14,039 bases of DNA from an uncultured Aquificales bacterium (GTDB taxonomy: Bacteria; Thermosulfidibacterota; Thermosulfidibacteria; Thermosulfidibacterales; Thermosulfidibacteraceae). Shown here one piece after another: positions 1-8,784 of this stretch (position 1 is its first letter; each line of letters begins with the position of its first letter). The notes beneath the pieces were generated by a model. It was not told the DNA's origin, made no database searches, and saw nothing but the letters and a program-made list of their open reading frames with translations. A program made the position numbers and the translations under genes. The DNA is taken from assembly GCA_964411615.1 (NCBI GenBank), contig CAYPLO010000044.1:1-14039 (forward strand), in the 5' to 3' direction.

Positions 1-44
1 TTCTAATCCGCAGGTCGGGGGTTCGAGTCCTCCCTGCCGCGCCA
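1..44 (+). tRNA. tRNA-Arg (anticodon UCU), 5' part cut off by the window edge
   Basis: U33 at 1, anticodon TCT at 2-4, AA at 5-6, 3' anticodon stem TCCGC at 7-11, variable loop AGGTC at 12-16. T-arm GGGGG-TTCGAGT-CCTCC at 17-33, acceptor 3' strand CTGCCGC at 34-40, discriminator G41 and encoded CCA at 42-44. Confidence 0.9.
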
Positions 45-67
45 GGTTTTTTGTTTCTGGAGGGGTC

Positions 68-958
68 TTGGTTCATCTCTTTCTCAATGTCCTCGTTCCT
101 CTGTATCTGCTGATAGCCTTAGGTTATCTTCTGGGCAGGTTGTATCCGGAGCTGGAGACCAGAAGTGTTTCTGTCTTTGTGCTTAATCTCCTTGCCCCTG
201 CCCTTGTGCTGCACTCTTTTAGGACATCCGACATAACCTTGGGGTCTGCCTTGAAGGTGTTTGCTGTGGCCTCTGTGGTGGTCTCTGGATGTTATCTGCT
301 CTGTTTCGCCGTTGAGTTTCTCTTGCTTAACGGCAGGATAAAGGCATTTGAAATCTCTTCTGTATTTATGAATTCGGGGTACCTTGGTCTTCCCCTTATC
401 TTTCTCATGTTTGGGGATAGGGCCTTTCCAGTTGCCATAGCCTTCTCCATATCTATGACTCTTCTTCACTTCACTATGGGCATCTTTCTTCTTCAGGGTA
501 GCGGACTCTTTAGGGGAGTCTTGGAGGTTGCGAGACAGCCACTGGTGTGGGCCATGGTTCTGGGTTATGCGGTGAAGCATCTCTATTTACCTTCCGGTAT
601 TGAGAAGATGCTCAAGCTTACAGGAGAGGCCACTCTTCCAGTTATGCTAATCGCCATAGGCGTCTCTCTTTCAAGGATATCTCTGTCCAAAATCAGGCTC
701 AGCCTTTTGGGGGTGCTTTTGAGATTTGCAGGAGGCGCACTCTTCTCTTACCTCGGCTGTAACCTTCTTAGATGCGATGGTCTGCTATATCCTGTGCTCT
801 TTGTCCAGTCGTCTCTACCTTCTGCTGTTATGAATTATGTTCTATGTGATGGGTTTGGAGAAGATGCCGAGCTTGCCGCATCTATAATCTTCTTTTCCAC
901 CCTGCTGTTTCCCCTGTATCTTCCGATTCTGAAGCTCTTTCTACCATCTGTACCTTGA
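68..958 (+). CDS. AEC (auxin efflux carrier/malate permease-like) family membrane transporter, 296 aa
   Basis: Hydrophobic protein with about 10 predicted TM segments. Family-typical motifs [11 protein letters not shown] and QSSLPSAV, plus LAPALV and [14 protein letters not shown] start preceded by GGAGGGG (59-65). Substrate cannot be assigned. Confidence 0.85.
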   Translation: MVHLFLNVLVPLYLLIALGYLLGRLYPELETRSVSVFVLNLLAPALVLHSFRTSDITLGSALKVFAVASVVVSGCYLLCFAVEFLLLNGRIKAFEISSVFMNSGYLGLPLIFLMFGDRAFPVAIAFSISMTLLHFTMGIFLLQGSGLFRGVLEVARQPLVWAMVLGYAVKHLYLPSGIEKMLKLTGEATLPVMLIAIGVSLSRISLSKIRLSLLGVLLRFAGGALFSYLGCNLLRCDGLLYPVLFVQSSLPSAVMNYVLCDGFGEDAELAASIIFFSTLLFPLYLPILKLFLPSVP

Positions 959-1747
959 TAACTTCTCCTTTATTAGGGGTCTTTCCTTCAGGTATCTTTC
1001 GCCTGATGGTAGTACAGCCTTTTCAAAGTGTAGTTTGATGTTCTCAGGCTGCCATCTGTGGTTTTCAGGGTTCTGGAACTTTACTCCCAATCTGCCGTCT
1101 TCCACTATTATGTGCCCATGTATATTGCAGATGGGGCATCTTACTGACAGTCCGGTTATCTCAAGTATGCTGCTTTTGCATACGGGGCATATCCCTTCGG
1201 AACCTGTCTCTTCGCCTCTAACCAGCCTCCTTCCCATCTCGTGGCACCTGTCTATGTGTTCAGGGTTGAGGAGTATCTCTCCCGGTCCCTGGCACCTTGG
1301 CATGAAGATGTCCAGAACCTTGAATCTCAAAGCGAGGAGGAAGGTTGCGGCCTGGGCCTTTGCCAGTCCTTCCCATCCTTCCACCCCGTATGGAACTATG
1401 GCAACGGCCGGCTTTGGCTCTGAGTCCGAGTACATGAGCCTCATGGCCCTGTCCAGCACCATCTTTAATATACCGGCGGTTCCCAGTATGTAGTCTGGGA
1501 CTCCGAGCACCAGTGCATCGCATCTTTCAATCTTCTCAAGCACTATATGGGCGTCATCCTCTATGGGGCAGGGGGCCTTCTTGAAGACGCATCTCATACA
1601 GCCCGTGCAGGGCTCAATCTTATAGTCCGTCAGTCTTATCCACTCTATCTGGGCACCGGCCTCCTTGGCTCCAAGGAGAGCCTCTTTTACCGCCACCTCG
1701 GTGTTTCCGAACCTCCTGTAGCTTCCCACAATCCCGAGCACTTTCAT
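941..1747 (-). CDS. Iron-sulfur flavoprotein / NADPH-dependent FMN reductase-like flavodoxin-fold protein with a C-terminal CxxC...CxxC domain, 268 aa
   Basis: N-terminal FMN phosphate-binding loop GSYRRFGNT, Isf-type cluster motif CTGCMRC-x6-C followed by IEDD, and GVPDY...LKMVLDR. C-terminal CPVC and CPIC. Strong SD (AAGGAGG on the minus strand, about 1756-1762). Confidence 0.85.
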   Translation of the reverse strand: MKVLGIVGSYRRFGNTEVAVKEALLGAKEAGAQIEWIRLTDYKIEPCTGCMRCVFKKAPCPIEDDAHIVLEKIERCDALVLGVPDYILGTAGILKMVLDRAMRLMYSDSEPKPAVAIVPYGVEGWEGLAKAQAATFLLALRFKVLDIFMPRCQGPGEILLNPEHIDRCHEMGRRLVRGEETGSEGICPVCKSSILEITGLSVRCPICNIHGHIIVEDGRLGVKFQNPENHRWQPENIKLHFEKAVLPSGERYLKERPLIKEKLSRYRW

Positions 1748-1798
1748 GCCTTCTCCTCCTTTACTGTGTGGCTGCTATAGAATACTATCCACGGTGGC

Positions 1799-2851
1799 AT
1801 GGAAAGGCAAAGGCTCTTTTTCGTGTCTTTTATATTTATGTGTGCCCTTATAGGGGTTCTGGTCCTCTACATGCTCATGCCCTTTGCAGAGCCCCTTATG
1901 TGGGCTGTTCTGTTCACCATAATACTGAAGCCTGCCAGGGACCTTCTCCACCGGAGGTTGCGTAACGATACCCTAACCGCTGCGGTCATAACCTTTCTCA
2001 CAGTGGTGCTGCTGGTGCTCCCCCTTACCGTGGCCAGCGTTATGGCCTTTAAGGAGGTGGTGGAGTTATCAAAGTACGTTATCGCCAAGTATAAGCATAT
2101 CTCTCCTGAGGGTATCCAGGACAGGCTATACTCCCTCTCTGTGGTCAAGCATCTTACCAAGTACCTTCCAAAGGGGTTTCTGGATACCAAGGAGCTTATA
2201 AAGGCCCTTATGGCCAATCTTAAGGCTCTGGCCAACTTTTCCGCCTCTCAGGTCAAGGCCTTCTTCCTCTCCCTGGGTGTGCTGACCTCCAAGTTCTTTA
2301 TCTTTGTCTTCGCCTTCTTCTTTCTGATTAAGGATGCCCCGGTCTTCGGTAGTTACATATACAGGTTCATTCCCTTAGAGGAGGAGGACAAGCACGATAT
2401 AGTGGACAGCATATACTCCACCACCATAAGCGTGGTTTACGGGACTGTGGGAACCGCTGTGGTTCAGGGAGCCTTCTCTCTTGTGGCCTATATACTGCTT
2501 GGGGTACCTTACCCTTACCTTTGGGCCCTTGCCACCTCTTACGCCTCATTCATTCCCCCCTTTGGAGCGTCCATGGTCTGGTTTCCTGTTGCCGTCTATC
2601 TCTTTCTCAAAGCAGGATGGATTAAGGGTCTGATTATGCTGGCCCTTGGGGTAGGCGTGATATCTTCTCTGGATAATGTTGTGAAGCCCATGATTATGAA
2701 GAACAGGGTTAACACCCCTTACATAGTCCTTTTCTTCGCCATATTCGGTGGTTTGCTTAAGTTCGGATTCATAGGGATGTTCCTGGGACCCATAATCTTC
2801 AATCTGCTCTTTACCCTTGCCAAGATATACGAGGAGAAGGTGCTTCGTTGA
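1799..2851 (+). CDS. AI-2E (UPF0118/PerM) family transporter, 350 aa
   Basis: Typical topology and motifs: [32 protein letters not shown] and [18 protein letters not shown]. Confidence 0.88.
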   Translation: MERQRLFFVSFIFMCALIGVLVLYMLMPFAEPLMWAVLFTIILKPARDLLHRRLRNDTLTAAVITFLTVVLLVLPLTVASVMAFKEVVELSKYVIAKYKHISPEGIQDRLYSLSVVKHLTKYLPKGFLDTKELIKALMANLKALANFSASQVKAFFLSLGVLTSKFFIFVFAFFFLIKDAPVFGSYIYRFIPLEEEDKHDIVDSIYSTTISVVYGTVGTAVVQGAFSLVAYILLGVPYPYLWALATSYASFIPPFGASMVWFPVAVYLFLKAGWIKGLIMLALGVGVISSLDNVVKPMIMKNRVNTPYIVLFFAIFGGLLKFGFIGMFLGPIIFNLLFTLAKIYEEKVLR

Positions 2852-2877
2852 TTTATCCTTCTCGCTGGGGTTAATAT
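2848..2877 (+). promoter_or_regulatory. Possible sigma70-type promoter for argG
   Basis: TTGATT (2848-2853), an 18-nt spacer and TAATAT (2872-2877), about 30 nt upstream of the argG ATG. Pattern match by eye only. Confidence 0.25.
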
Positions 2878-2908
2878 CCAGACCAGCAAAAAGTTCTGGG
2901 GGGATGCC

Positions 2909-4105
2909 ATGGGTAGTATAAGGAAGGTTGTTCTTGCCTACTCCGGGGGGTTGGATACCTCGGTGATATTGAAGTGGCTCATAGAGAGGTACGGCTGCGA
3001 GGTTATAGCCTTTGCGGCGGATGTGGGGCAGCAGGAGGACTTAGAGGCTGTTAGGGAGAAGGCCTTGAAAACAGGTGCCTCTAAGGCCTACGTCCTGGAC
3101 CTCAAGGAGGAGTTCATAACCGATTACTGTTTCAGAGCCCTCAAGGCCCAGGCCCTGTATGAGGGAAAGTATCCCCTGGGGACTGCGCTGAACAGGCCGT
3201 TGATAGCCAAATACCTGGTGAAGATAGCCCTTGATGAAGGGGCAGATGCGGTGGTCCACGGTGCCACAGGTAAGGGGAACGACCAGGTGAGATTTGAGGC
3301 CGGTGTTATGGCCCTGGCTCCTCATCTGAAGATACTGGCCCCTGTAAGGGAGTGGGAGTTCAAGTCCCGTGAGGAGGAGATAGAGTACGCTCTTAAGCAC
3401 AACATACCTGTGGAGGTCACCAAGGATAAGCCCTACTCCATAGACAGGAATATATGGAGCATATCTATAGAGTGTGGGGTTCTTGAGGACCCCTGGCAGG
3501 AGCCTCCGGAAGATGCCTATCTGATAACAAAGTCCCCTAAGGATGCTCCAGATGAGCCCCTGTACCTGACCATAGGCTTTGAAAAAGGGGTGCCCGTATC
3601 TATAGATGGCAAGGGATACAATCCCGTTGAGCTTGTTGAGGAGCTCAACAGGCTGGGGGCGGAGCACGGTGTGGGGCGTATAGATATGGTTGAGAACAGG
3701 CTGGTGGGTATAAAGTCCAGGGAGATATACGAGGCCCCAGGGGCCACCATCCTCTATGCTGCCCACAGGGAGCTTGAGGCCATGTGCCTTGATAGGGAGA
3801 CTTTTAGATTCAAGGAGTATCTCTCCATTAAGTATGCCGATGTTGTCTATTACGGCCTCTGGTTCTCACCCCTGAGGGAGGGACTGGACGCCTTTATGGA
3901 TAAGGTGAACGAGAGGCTAACGGGAGAGGTGAGGGTTAAACTCTATAAGGGACAGGCCGTTCCTGTGGGCAGAAGGTCTGATAAAGCGCTGTATGATTAT
4001 GCCCTCGCCACTTACGATGCTGCAGATGCCTTTGACCACAAAGCCGGTGCGGGCTTCTGTAAGATATGGGGACTTCCCTATGCGGTTCTTGCCAGGAAGA
4101 AATAA
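2909..4105 (+). CDS. argG: Argininosuccinate synthase, 398 aa
   Basis: Signature motifs LAYSGGLDTS, HGATGKGNDQVRFE, YSIDRNIW and ENRLVGIKSREIYEAPG. Confidence 0.98.
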   Translation: MGSIRKVVLAYSGGLDTSVILKWLIERYGCEVIAFAADVGQQEDLEAVREKALKTGASKAYVLDLKEEFITDYCFRALKAQALYEGKYPLGTALNRPLIAKYLVKIALDEGADAVVHGATGKGNDQVRFEAGVMALAPHLKILAPVREWEFKSREEEIEYALKHNIPVEVTKDKPYSIDRNIWSISIECGVLEDPWQEPPEDAYLITKSPKDAPDEPLYLTIGFEKGVPVSIDGKGYNPVELVEELNRLGAEHGVGRIDMVENRLVGIKSREIYEAPGATILYAAHRELEAMCLDRETFRFKEYLSIKYADVVYYGLWFSPLREGLDAFMDKVNERLTGEVRVKLYKGQAVPVGRRSDKALYDYALATYDAADAFDHKAGAGFCKIWGLPYAVLARKK

Positions 4106-4153
4106 TTTCTAAAAAGCAATTTTTCCAAACGGCTTTTGGTGTATGGGGCGGAG

Positions 4154-4189
4154 ATTGTGCTTGCAAAGAGAATCACAATGTGTTAACAG
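4154..4189 (+). promoter_or_regulatory. Candidate nuo operon promoter/operator region with a Rex-box-like sequence
   Basis: TTGCAAAGAGAATCACAA (4161-4178) matches 11 of 14 defined positions of the Rex consensus TTGTGAA-N4-TTCACAA. It overlaps a -35-like TTGCAA and is followed by TG-T-TAACAG (4181-4189). A wider inverted repeat ATTGTG-N14-CACAAT spans 4154-4179. Confidence 0.35.
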
Positions 4190-4219
4190 GCTAAGCTGCA
4201 TCCTGCAGGAGGGGGTATC

Positions 4220-4585
4220 ATGTATCAGCATATAAGTCCTTACGTTCCGGTCTTAATTCTGTTCTTGATTGCTATAGCCTTTGGAACCGTGACCCTTATG
4301 GTGGCTTACCTTGTGAGGCCCAACAAACCCTACGATGAGAAGCTCTCCCCCTACGAGTGCGGTATCAACCCCTTGATGCCAGGTAAGGTGAATGTTCCCA
4401 TAAGGTTCTTCGTCATTATACTCCTCTTCCTGCTCTTTGATGTGGAGGCGGTCTTCATGTATCCCTGGGCCGTTATGTACAAGAAGCTCGGTATATGGGG
4501 CTTTGTTGAGATGTTTCTGTTTATTGTGATTCTTCTTGTTGGATACATCTATGCCTGGGCGAAAGGAGCGCTGGAATGGGAGTGA
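4220..4585 (+). CDS. nuoA: Complex I-like oxidoreductase subunit A, 121 aa
   Basis: KLSPYECG loop, [15 protein letters not shown] with the conserved Asp/Glu, and C-terminal KGALEW. SD AGGAGG upstream. Confidence 0.97.
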   Translation: MYQHISPYVPVLILFLIAIAFGTVTLMVAYLVRPNKPYDEKLSPYECGINPLMPGKVNVPIRFFVIILLFLLFDVEAVFMYPWAVMYKKLGIWGFVEMFLFIVILLVGYIYAWAKGALEWE

Positions 4586-5052
4586 TAGAGAGAAGGCTTC
4601 CGGATAATAAGCTCTTTGAGATGGTTGATAAGGTGGTGAACTGGGCCAGGGCTTCGTCTCTGTGGCCCATGACCTTTGGTCTTGCCTGCTGCGCCATTGA
4701 GATGATGGCTGCAGGGGCCTCCCGTTTTGACTTTGACAGGTTCGGAGTCATCTTCAGGGCCACCCCAAGGCAGTCCGATGTGATGATAGTTGCGGGAACC
4801 CTTACCTTGAAGATGGCTCCTGTGCTGAGGAAGGTCTACGACCAGATGCCTGAGCCCAGATGGGTTATCTCCATGGGCTCCTGCGCAAACTCCGGTGGTG
4901 TTTACAACACCTACCACGTGGTCCAGGGGGTTGATAAGATAGTGCCCGTTGACGTCTACGTTCCCGGTTGTCCTCCCAGGCCAGAGGGTCTCATGTATGG
5001 GGTTGTGAAGCTTCAGGAGAAGATATTCCAGGAGAAGGTGCTCAGGAGGTAG
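4576..5052 (+). CDS. nuoB: Complex I-like oxidoreductase subunit B (cluster N2), 158 aa
   Basis: [11 protein letters not shown] with tandem Cys, MGSCA and PGCPPRPE. Overlaps the nuoA stop by 10 nt (ATGGGAGTGA). Confidence 0.97.
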   Translation: MGVIERRLPDNKLFEMVDKVVNWARASSLWPMTFGLACCAIEMMAAGASRFDFDRFGVIFRATPRQSDVMIVAGTLTLKMAPVLRKVYDQMPEPRWVISMGSCANSGGVYNTYHVVQGVDKIVPVDVYVPGCPPRPEGLMYGVVKLQEKIFQEKVLRR

Positions 5053-5054
5053 AG

Positions 5055-5636
5055 ATGGCCGAGGAGAAGTCCAGCAAAGAGGTGAAGAAGGAGACGGTAA
5101 AGGAGCCTGAGAAGCCGAAGGTGGATTTTGATAAGTTTCCAGAGGTGAGGAAGATAAAGGCCCGTTTTCCCGAGGCTATAGAGGAGTGTGAGCTCCATCC
5201 AGACTGCCTGACACTGCGTATAAAGAAGGAGTTTATACTTGAGGTCTGCAGGCTGCTGAGGGACGATGAGGAGCTGAGGTACGATTACTTGGCCGATATA
5301 TGTGGGGTTCACTACCCGAAGAGGGAGAAGCCCCTTGAGGTGGTCTACAACCTCCTCTCCATACCACATGCTAAAAGGGTCAGGCTCAAGGTCTCCCTTG
5401 GGGAGGATGAGGAGGTGGACAGCGTATGTGAGGTGTGGCCTTCCGCCAACTGGTTTGAGAGGGAGGCCTACGACATGCTCGGGATTAGGTTTGCCAATCA
5501 CCCCGACCTGAGGAGGATACTGCTGCCAGAGGACTGGGAGGGGCATCCTCTCAGGAAGGACTATCCCCTTGAGGGTCCTCCTGGATACAGGGAGAAGTGG
5601 TTGAGGGAGCATCTCCCCTACTACAACAAGCTTTAA
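5055..5636 (+). CDS. nuoC: Complex I-like oxidoreductase subunit C, 193 aa (start corrected from 4968 in the ORF track)
   Basis: [47 protein letters not shown] at 5055 follows AGGAGGT (5044-5050), which overlaps the end of nuoB. Confidence 0.95.
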   Translation: MAEEKSSKEVKKETVKEPEKPKVDFDKFPEVRKIKARFPEAIEECELHPDCLTLRIKKEFILEVCRLLRDDEELRYDYLADICGVHYPKREKPLEVVYNLLSIPHAKRVRLKVSLGEDEEVDSVCEVWPSANWFEREAYDMLGIRFANHPDLRRILLPEDWEGHPLRKDYPLEGPPGYREKWLREHLPYYNKL

Positions 5637-5648
5637 AGGAGAGACGGC

Positions 5649-6839
5649 ATGGCTGTTAAGGAGGAACAGCAGTTTAAGGAGCTGATGGCCAAGGGGACCT
5701 CCTTAGGTAAGGTTGAAGAGGACCTCATGCGTGAGTCCATCAGGACCCAGGACCTGTGGGTGAACATGGGTCCCCAGCATCCCTCCACCCACGGCGTTCT
5801 TAGGCTTATCCTTTCCCTTCAGGGTGAGAGGATAGTGGATACGGAGGTGGTGATAGGTTACCTTCACCGTGGGACCGAGAAGCTGGCCGAAGCCAGAACC
5901 TACCATCAGATAATCCCTCTCACCGACAGGCTGGACTATCTGGCCTCCCCCAATATGAACTTTGGGTATGTGCTTGCCGTTGAGAAGCTTATGGGGATAG
6001 AGGTGCCCGAGAGGGCAGAGTATATAAGGGTGCTGCTGGCTGAGCTGGGCAGAATATCAAGCCATCTCCTGTGGCTCGCCACCCATGCCCTTGACATAGG
6101 TGCCATGACCGTCTTCCTCTACTGCTTCCGCGAGAGGGAGATGATACTCGATATGTTTGAGATGCTCACAGGTGGAAGGCTCACCACCTCCTTCTACAGG
6201 ATAGGTGGTGTTGCCGCCGACCTTCCCGAGGGCTTCCTGGACAGGGTGAAGGAGTTCTGCGAGATTTTTCCCTCAAGGGTAAAGGACTACGACGATTTGC
6301 TCTACTCCAACAGGATATGGCTCTCCAGAACGGTGAACATCTGCAAGATATCAGCTGAGAAGGCCAAGGCTCTTGGTCTTTCCGGTCCCAGCCTCAGGGG
6401 CTCTGGAGTGAACTGGGATTTAAGGAGAAACCAGCCCTATTCGGTCTATCCCAAGCTGGACTTTGAGGTGGCGGTCTTTGATGGATGTGACGTTTATGCC
6501 CGTTATCTTGTGAGAAGGAAGGAGATGCTCGAGTCCTGCAAGATAGTGAAGCAGTGCGTGGAGTACCTTGAGAAGACATCCGGACCGGTTATGGCAAAGG
6601 TGCCGAAGGTGATAAAGCCTCCCGCAGGTGAGGTGTATATGGCAACGGAGGCTCCTAAAGGGGAGCTCGGCTATTACATAGTCTCCGATGGGAGCACCAA
6701 ACCTTACAGACTGAAGATAAGGACCCCGTCCTTTGCCAATCTCATAGCACTTCCGGAGCTGGTTAAGGGGCATCTGGTGGCCGATGTGATAGCGGCCATA
6801 GGAAGCATAGATATAGTGCTCGGTGAGGTTGACAGGTAG
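5649..6839 (+). CDS. nuoD: Complex I-like oxidoreductase subunit D (quinone-binding), 396 aa
   Basis: NMGPQHPSTHGVLRL, GYLHRGTEK, DRLDYL, EAPKGELG and C-terminal IDIVLGEVDR. No NiFe-ligating CxxC pairs. Confidence 0.97.
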   Translation: MAVKEEQQFKELMAKGTSLGKVEEDLMRESIRTQDLWVNMGPQHPSTHGVLRLILSLQGERIVDTEVVIGYLHRGTEKLAEARTYHQIIPLTDRLDYLASPNMNFGYVLAVEKLMGIEVPERAEYIRVLLAELGRISSHLLWLATHALDIGAMTVFLYCFREREMILDMFEMLTGGRLTTSFYRIGGVAADLPEGFLDRVKEFCEIFPSRVKDYDDLLYSNRIWLSRTVNICKISAEKAKALGLSGPSLRGSGVNWDLRRNQPYSVYPKLDFEVAVFDGCDVYARYLVRRKEMLESCKIVKQCVEYLEKTSGPVMAKVPKVIKPPAGEVYMATEAPKGELGYYIVSDGSTKPYRLKIRTPSFANLIALPELVKGHLVADVIAAIGSIDIVLGEVDR

Positions 6840-6848
6840 GAGGATGGC

Positions 6849-7799
6849 ATGTGGCACGATATAGGCATAGCTCTTTTAAGGATAGTGGTTGTCTTCGCTG
6901 TGGCACTGCTCTTCGTGGCCTATCTGACCTACGTTGAACGTAAGGTTATAGGACACATGCAGGTTCGTATGGGGCCCATGAGGGTTGGTCCCCATGGCCT
7001 TCTTCAACCGATAGCCGATGGTCTGAAGCTCTTCTTCAAAGAGGATATTGTGCCTACGGAGGCCTACCGGTTGACCTTCTACTTTGCCCCCCTTCTCTGT
7101 CTCATATGTGCCCTTGTGCTGTTTGCGGTTATCCCTGTGGATAAGAACTTTGTAATATCCAAGATAAACATAGGTCTTCTTTACATACTCTCCATAGCTT
7201 CCGTTGGTGTGATGGGAATTATCCTTGCCGGCTGGGCTTCTGGAAGCAAGTACTCCCTTTTGGGTGGTCTCAGGTCCGCCGCTCAGATGTTCTCCTACGA
7301 GATATTCCTCGGCTTTTCGCTAATAGGCCCCCTTATGATTGCCGGCTCCCTGGATCTGGTGAAGATTGTTGAGGCCCAGAAGGTTCCCCTTATCGTGTAT
7401 CAGCCCGTTGCCTTTGTCATATACCTTATAGCTGCCTTGGGTGAGATAAACAGGGTTCCCTTTGACCTTCCTGAGGCAGAGTCGGAGCTTGTTGCTGGAT
7501 TCCACACCGAGTATAGCGGCATGAAGTTTGCCTACTTCTTCCTGGCAGAGTACGCCAATATGCTCATCGTTTCGGCCATGGCAACCATAGTCTTTCTGGC
7601 GGGCTGGAAGGGCCCCTTGCTTCCTGGATGGCTCTGGTTCCTCATAAAGATGTCTATCTTTGTCTTCTTCTTCATATGGGTCAGGGCCACTTTCCCGAGG
7701 TACAGATACGACCAGTTTATGAGGATAGGTTGGAAGATAATGCTTCCAATAGTTTTGGCCAACATTGTTGTTACCGGAATCGTTATGATGCTGGTTTGA
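6849..7799 (+). CDS. nuoH: Complex I-like oxidoreductase subunit H, 316 aa
   Basis: [50 protein letters not shown] and PRYRYDQ. Confidence 0.97.
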   Translation: MWHDIGIALLRIVVVFAVALLFVAYLTYVERKVIGHMQVRMGPMRVGPHGLLQPIADGLKLFFKEDIVPTEAYRLTFYFAPLLCLICALVLFAVIPVDKNFVISKINIGLLYILSIASVGVMGIILAGWASGSKYSLLGGLRSAAQMFSYEIFLGFSLIGPLMIAGSLDLVKIVEAQKVPLIVYQPVAFVIYLIAALGEINRVPFDLPEAESELVAGFHTEYSGMKFAYFFLAEYANMLIVSAMATIVFLAGWKGPLLPGWLWFLIKMSIFVFFFIWVRATFPRYRYDQFMRIGWKIMLPIVLANIVVTGIVMMLV

Positions 7800-7809
7800 G
7801 GAGGATTCC

Positions 7810-8250
7810 ATGGTCGCCAAGGTCTTGATGAAGGACTTGCTCACGGGACTCAAGAGGACCTTCTACTACTTCACCACTAAGCCCATAACGGTTCAGTATC
7901 CCAAGGAGAAGCTTCAGCCCTTTCCCAGGTTCAGGGGCTTTATAAGGCTTGTAAAGACGGAGGATGGAAGGTTTAAATGCATAGCCTGCGGCCAGTGTGC
8001 CAGGGTCTGCCCGGCCCAGTGTATAAGCCTCAAGGGTGAGGGTAAGGGTAAAGAGAGGCAGCCTGTTGAGTTCAACATAGACTTCTCAAGGTGTATATAC
8101 TGCGGTTTCTGCGTGGAGATATGTCCCGTTAATGCCCTTGAGAACACGTCCTTCTACGAGGGTGCCCAGTACGATAGAGACTGGTTCAGGTTTGATATAG
8201 AGAAGCTGACCGAGGACTACAAAAAGTGGGAAAGGACTTTCAAGAAGTGA
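7810..8250 (+). CDS. nuoI: Complex I-like oxidoreductase subunit I (two [4Fe-4S] clusters), 146 aa
   Basis: TVQYPKE, PRFRG, and two CxxCxxCxxxCP motifs ([12 protein letters not shown] and [12 protein letters not shown]). Confidence 0.96.
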   Translation: MVAKVLMKDLLTGLKRTFYYFTTKPITVQYPKEKLQPFPRFRGFIRLVKTEDGRFKCIACGQCARVCPAQCISLKGEGKGKERQPVEFNIDFSRCIYCGFCVEICPVNALENTSFYEGAQYDRDWFRFDIEKLTEDYKKWERTFKK

Positions 8251-8262
8251 AGGGGGCGTAGG

Positions 8263-8781
8263 ATGGGTTCAGCTCAGGTCTTCTTCTATATATTTGCCGG
8301 ACTCTCCCTGCTGTTCTCTCTTCTGGTGGTGACCCGACGTAACCCCGTCCATTCTGCCATATGCCTTATCATCACCTTCTTCTTCATGGCAGGCGTCTTT
8401 GTGCTCCTCAAGGCCGAGCTTCTGGCTGCGGTTCAGGTCCTTGTGTATGCAGGTGGGGTGGTGGGATTGATGCTCTACGTCATCATGCTTGTTAAGGCCG
8501 ACGAGGCGAGCCAGGTTAAGCAGAGCCTCGGCCAGATGGTTGTGGCAGCCTTTGTGGCTCTGCTGCTGTTTTTACAGCTGGGGGCTGTGGCTTACATCTA
8601 CTTTTCGGGCAAAGGGGCTGGAGCCGCTGTGGCTGAGGCTATTAGATACGGTGGCAACACCGAGGGTATAGGAGCCCTTCTGTATACCAAGTACCTGTTC
8701 CCCTTTGAGGTGGCCTCGGTGCTTCTCCTTGCTGCTATGGTTGGGGCCATAGTTCTTGCCAAAAATAGGTTAGAGAGGTAG
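8263..8781 (+). CDS. nuoJ: Complex I-like oxidoreductase subunit J, 172 aa
   Basis: [15 protein letters not shown] and [23 protein letters not shown]. Located between nuoI and nuoK. Confidence 0.95.
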   Translation: MGSAQVFFYIFAGLSLLFSLLVVTRRNPVHSAICLIITFFFMAGVFVLLKAELLAAVQVLVYAGGVVGLMLYVIMLVKADEASQVKQSLGQMVVAAFVALLLFLQLGAVAYIYFSGKGAGAAVAEAIRYGGNTEGIGALLYTKYLFPFEVASVLLLAAMVGAIVLAKNRLER

Positions 8782-8784
8782 GCC

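Noticed and set aside
45..1747. Genomic island integrated at tRNA-Arg
   Set aside because: No integrase or transposase, and I found no second copy of the tRNA 3' end in the window. The T-richness of the AEC gene is explained by its hydrophobic codons.
2852..2908. ARG box, T-box, riboswitch or terminator upstream of argG
   Set aside because: There is no TGAAT-N4-ATTCA-like box and the 57-bp spacer is too short for a T-box. The GCTGG...CCAGC hairpin is followed by an A-run rather than a U-run. The nearby tRNA-Arg is probably coincidental.
4106..4140. Intrinsic terminator after argG
   Set aside because: Only weak AT-rich stems are present (AAAAGC/GCTTTT and CCAAA/TTTGG), without a convincing GC hairpin plus U-tract.
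4146..4161. Sigma54 promoter (GG-N10-GC at 4147-4160)
   Set aside because: The spacing fits, but the flanks match TGGCAC/TTGC poorly (GGGCGG and GTGC), which is within chance.
4576..4585. nuoA/nuoB 10-nt overlap
   Set aside because: This is an ordinary translational-coupling arrangement in nuo operons.
4968..5054. Longer nuoC start given in the ORF track
   Set aside because: It is a TTG well inside nuoB with no SD. The ATG at 5055 has AGGAGGT upstream and follows the nuoB stop.
5649..6839. Group 4 [NiFe]-hydrogenase (Ech/Hyc/Mbh) large subunit as an alternative reading of the EFG-less cluster
   Set aside because: Both NiFe-binding CxxC motifs are absent (DRLDYL and DIVLGEVDR at those positions). 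The quinone-site His and Tyr are present, and NuoB has the tandem CC of complex I.
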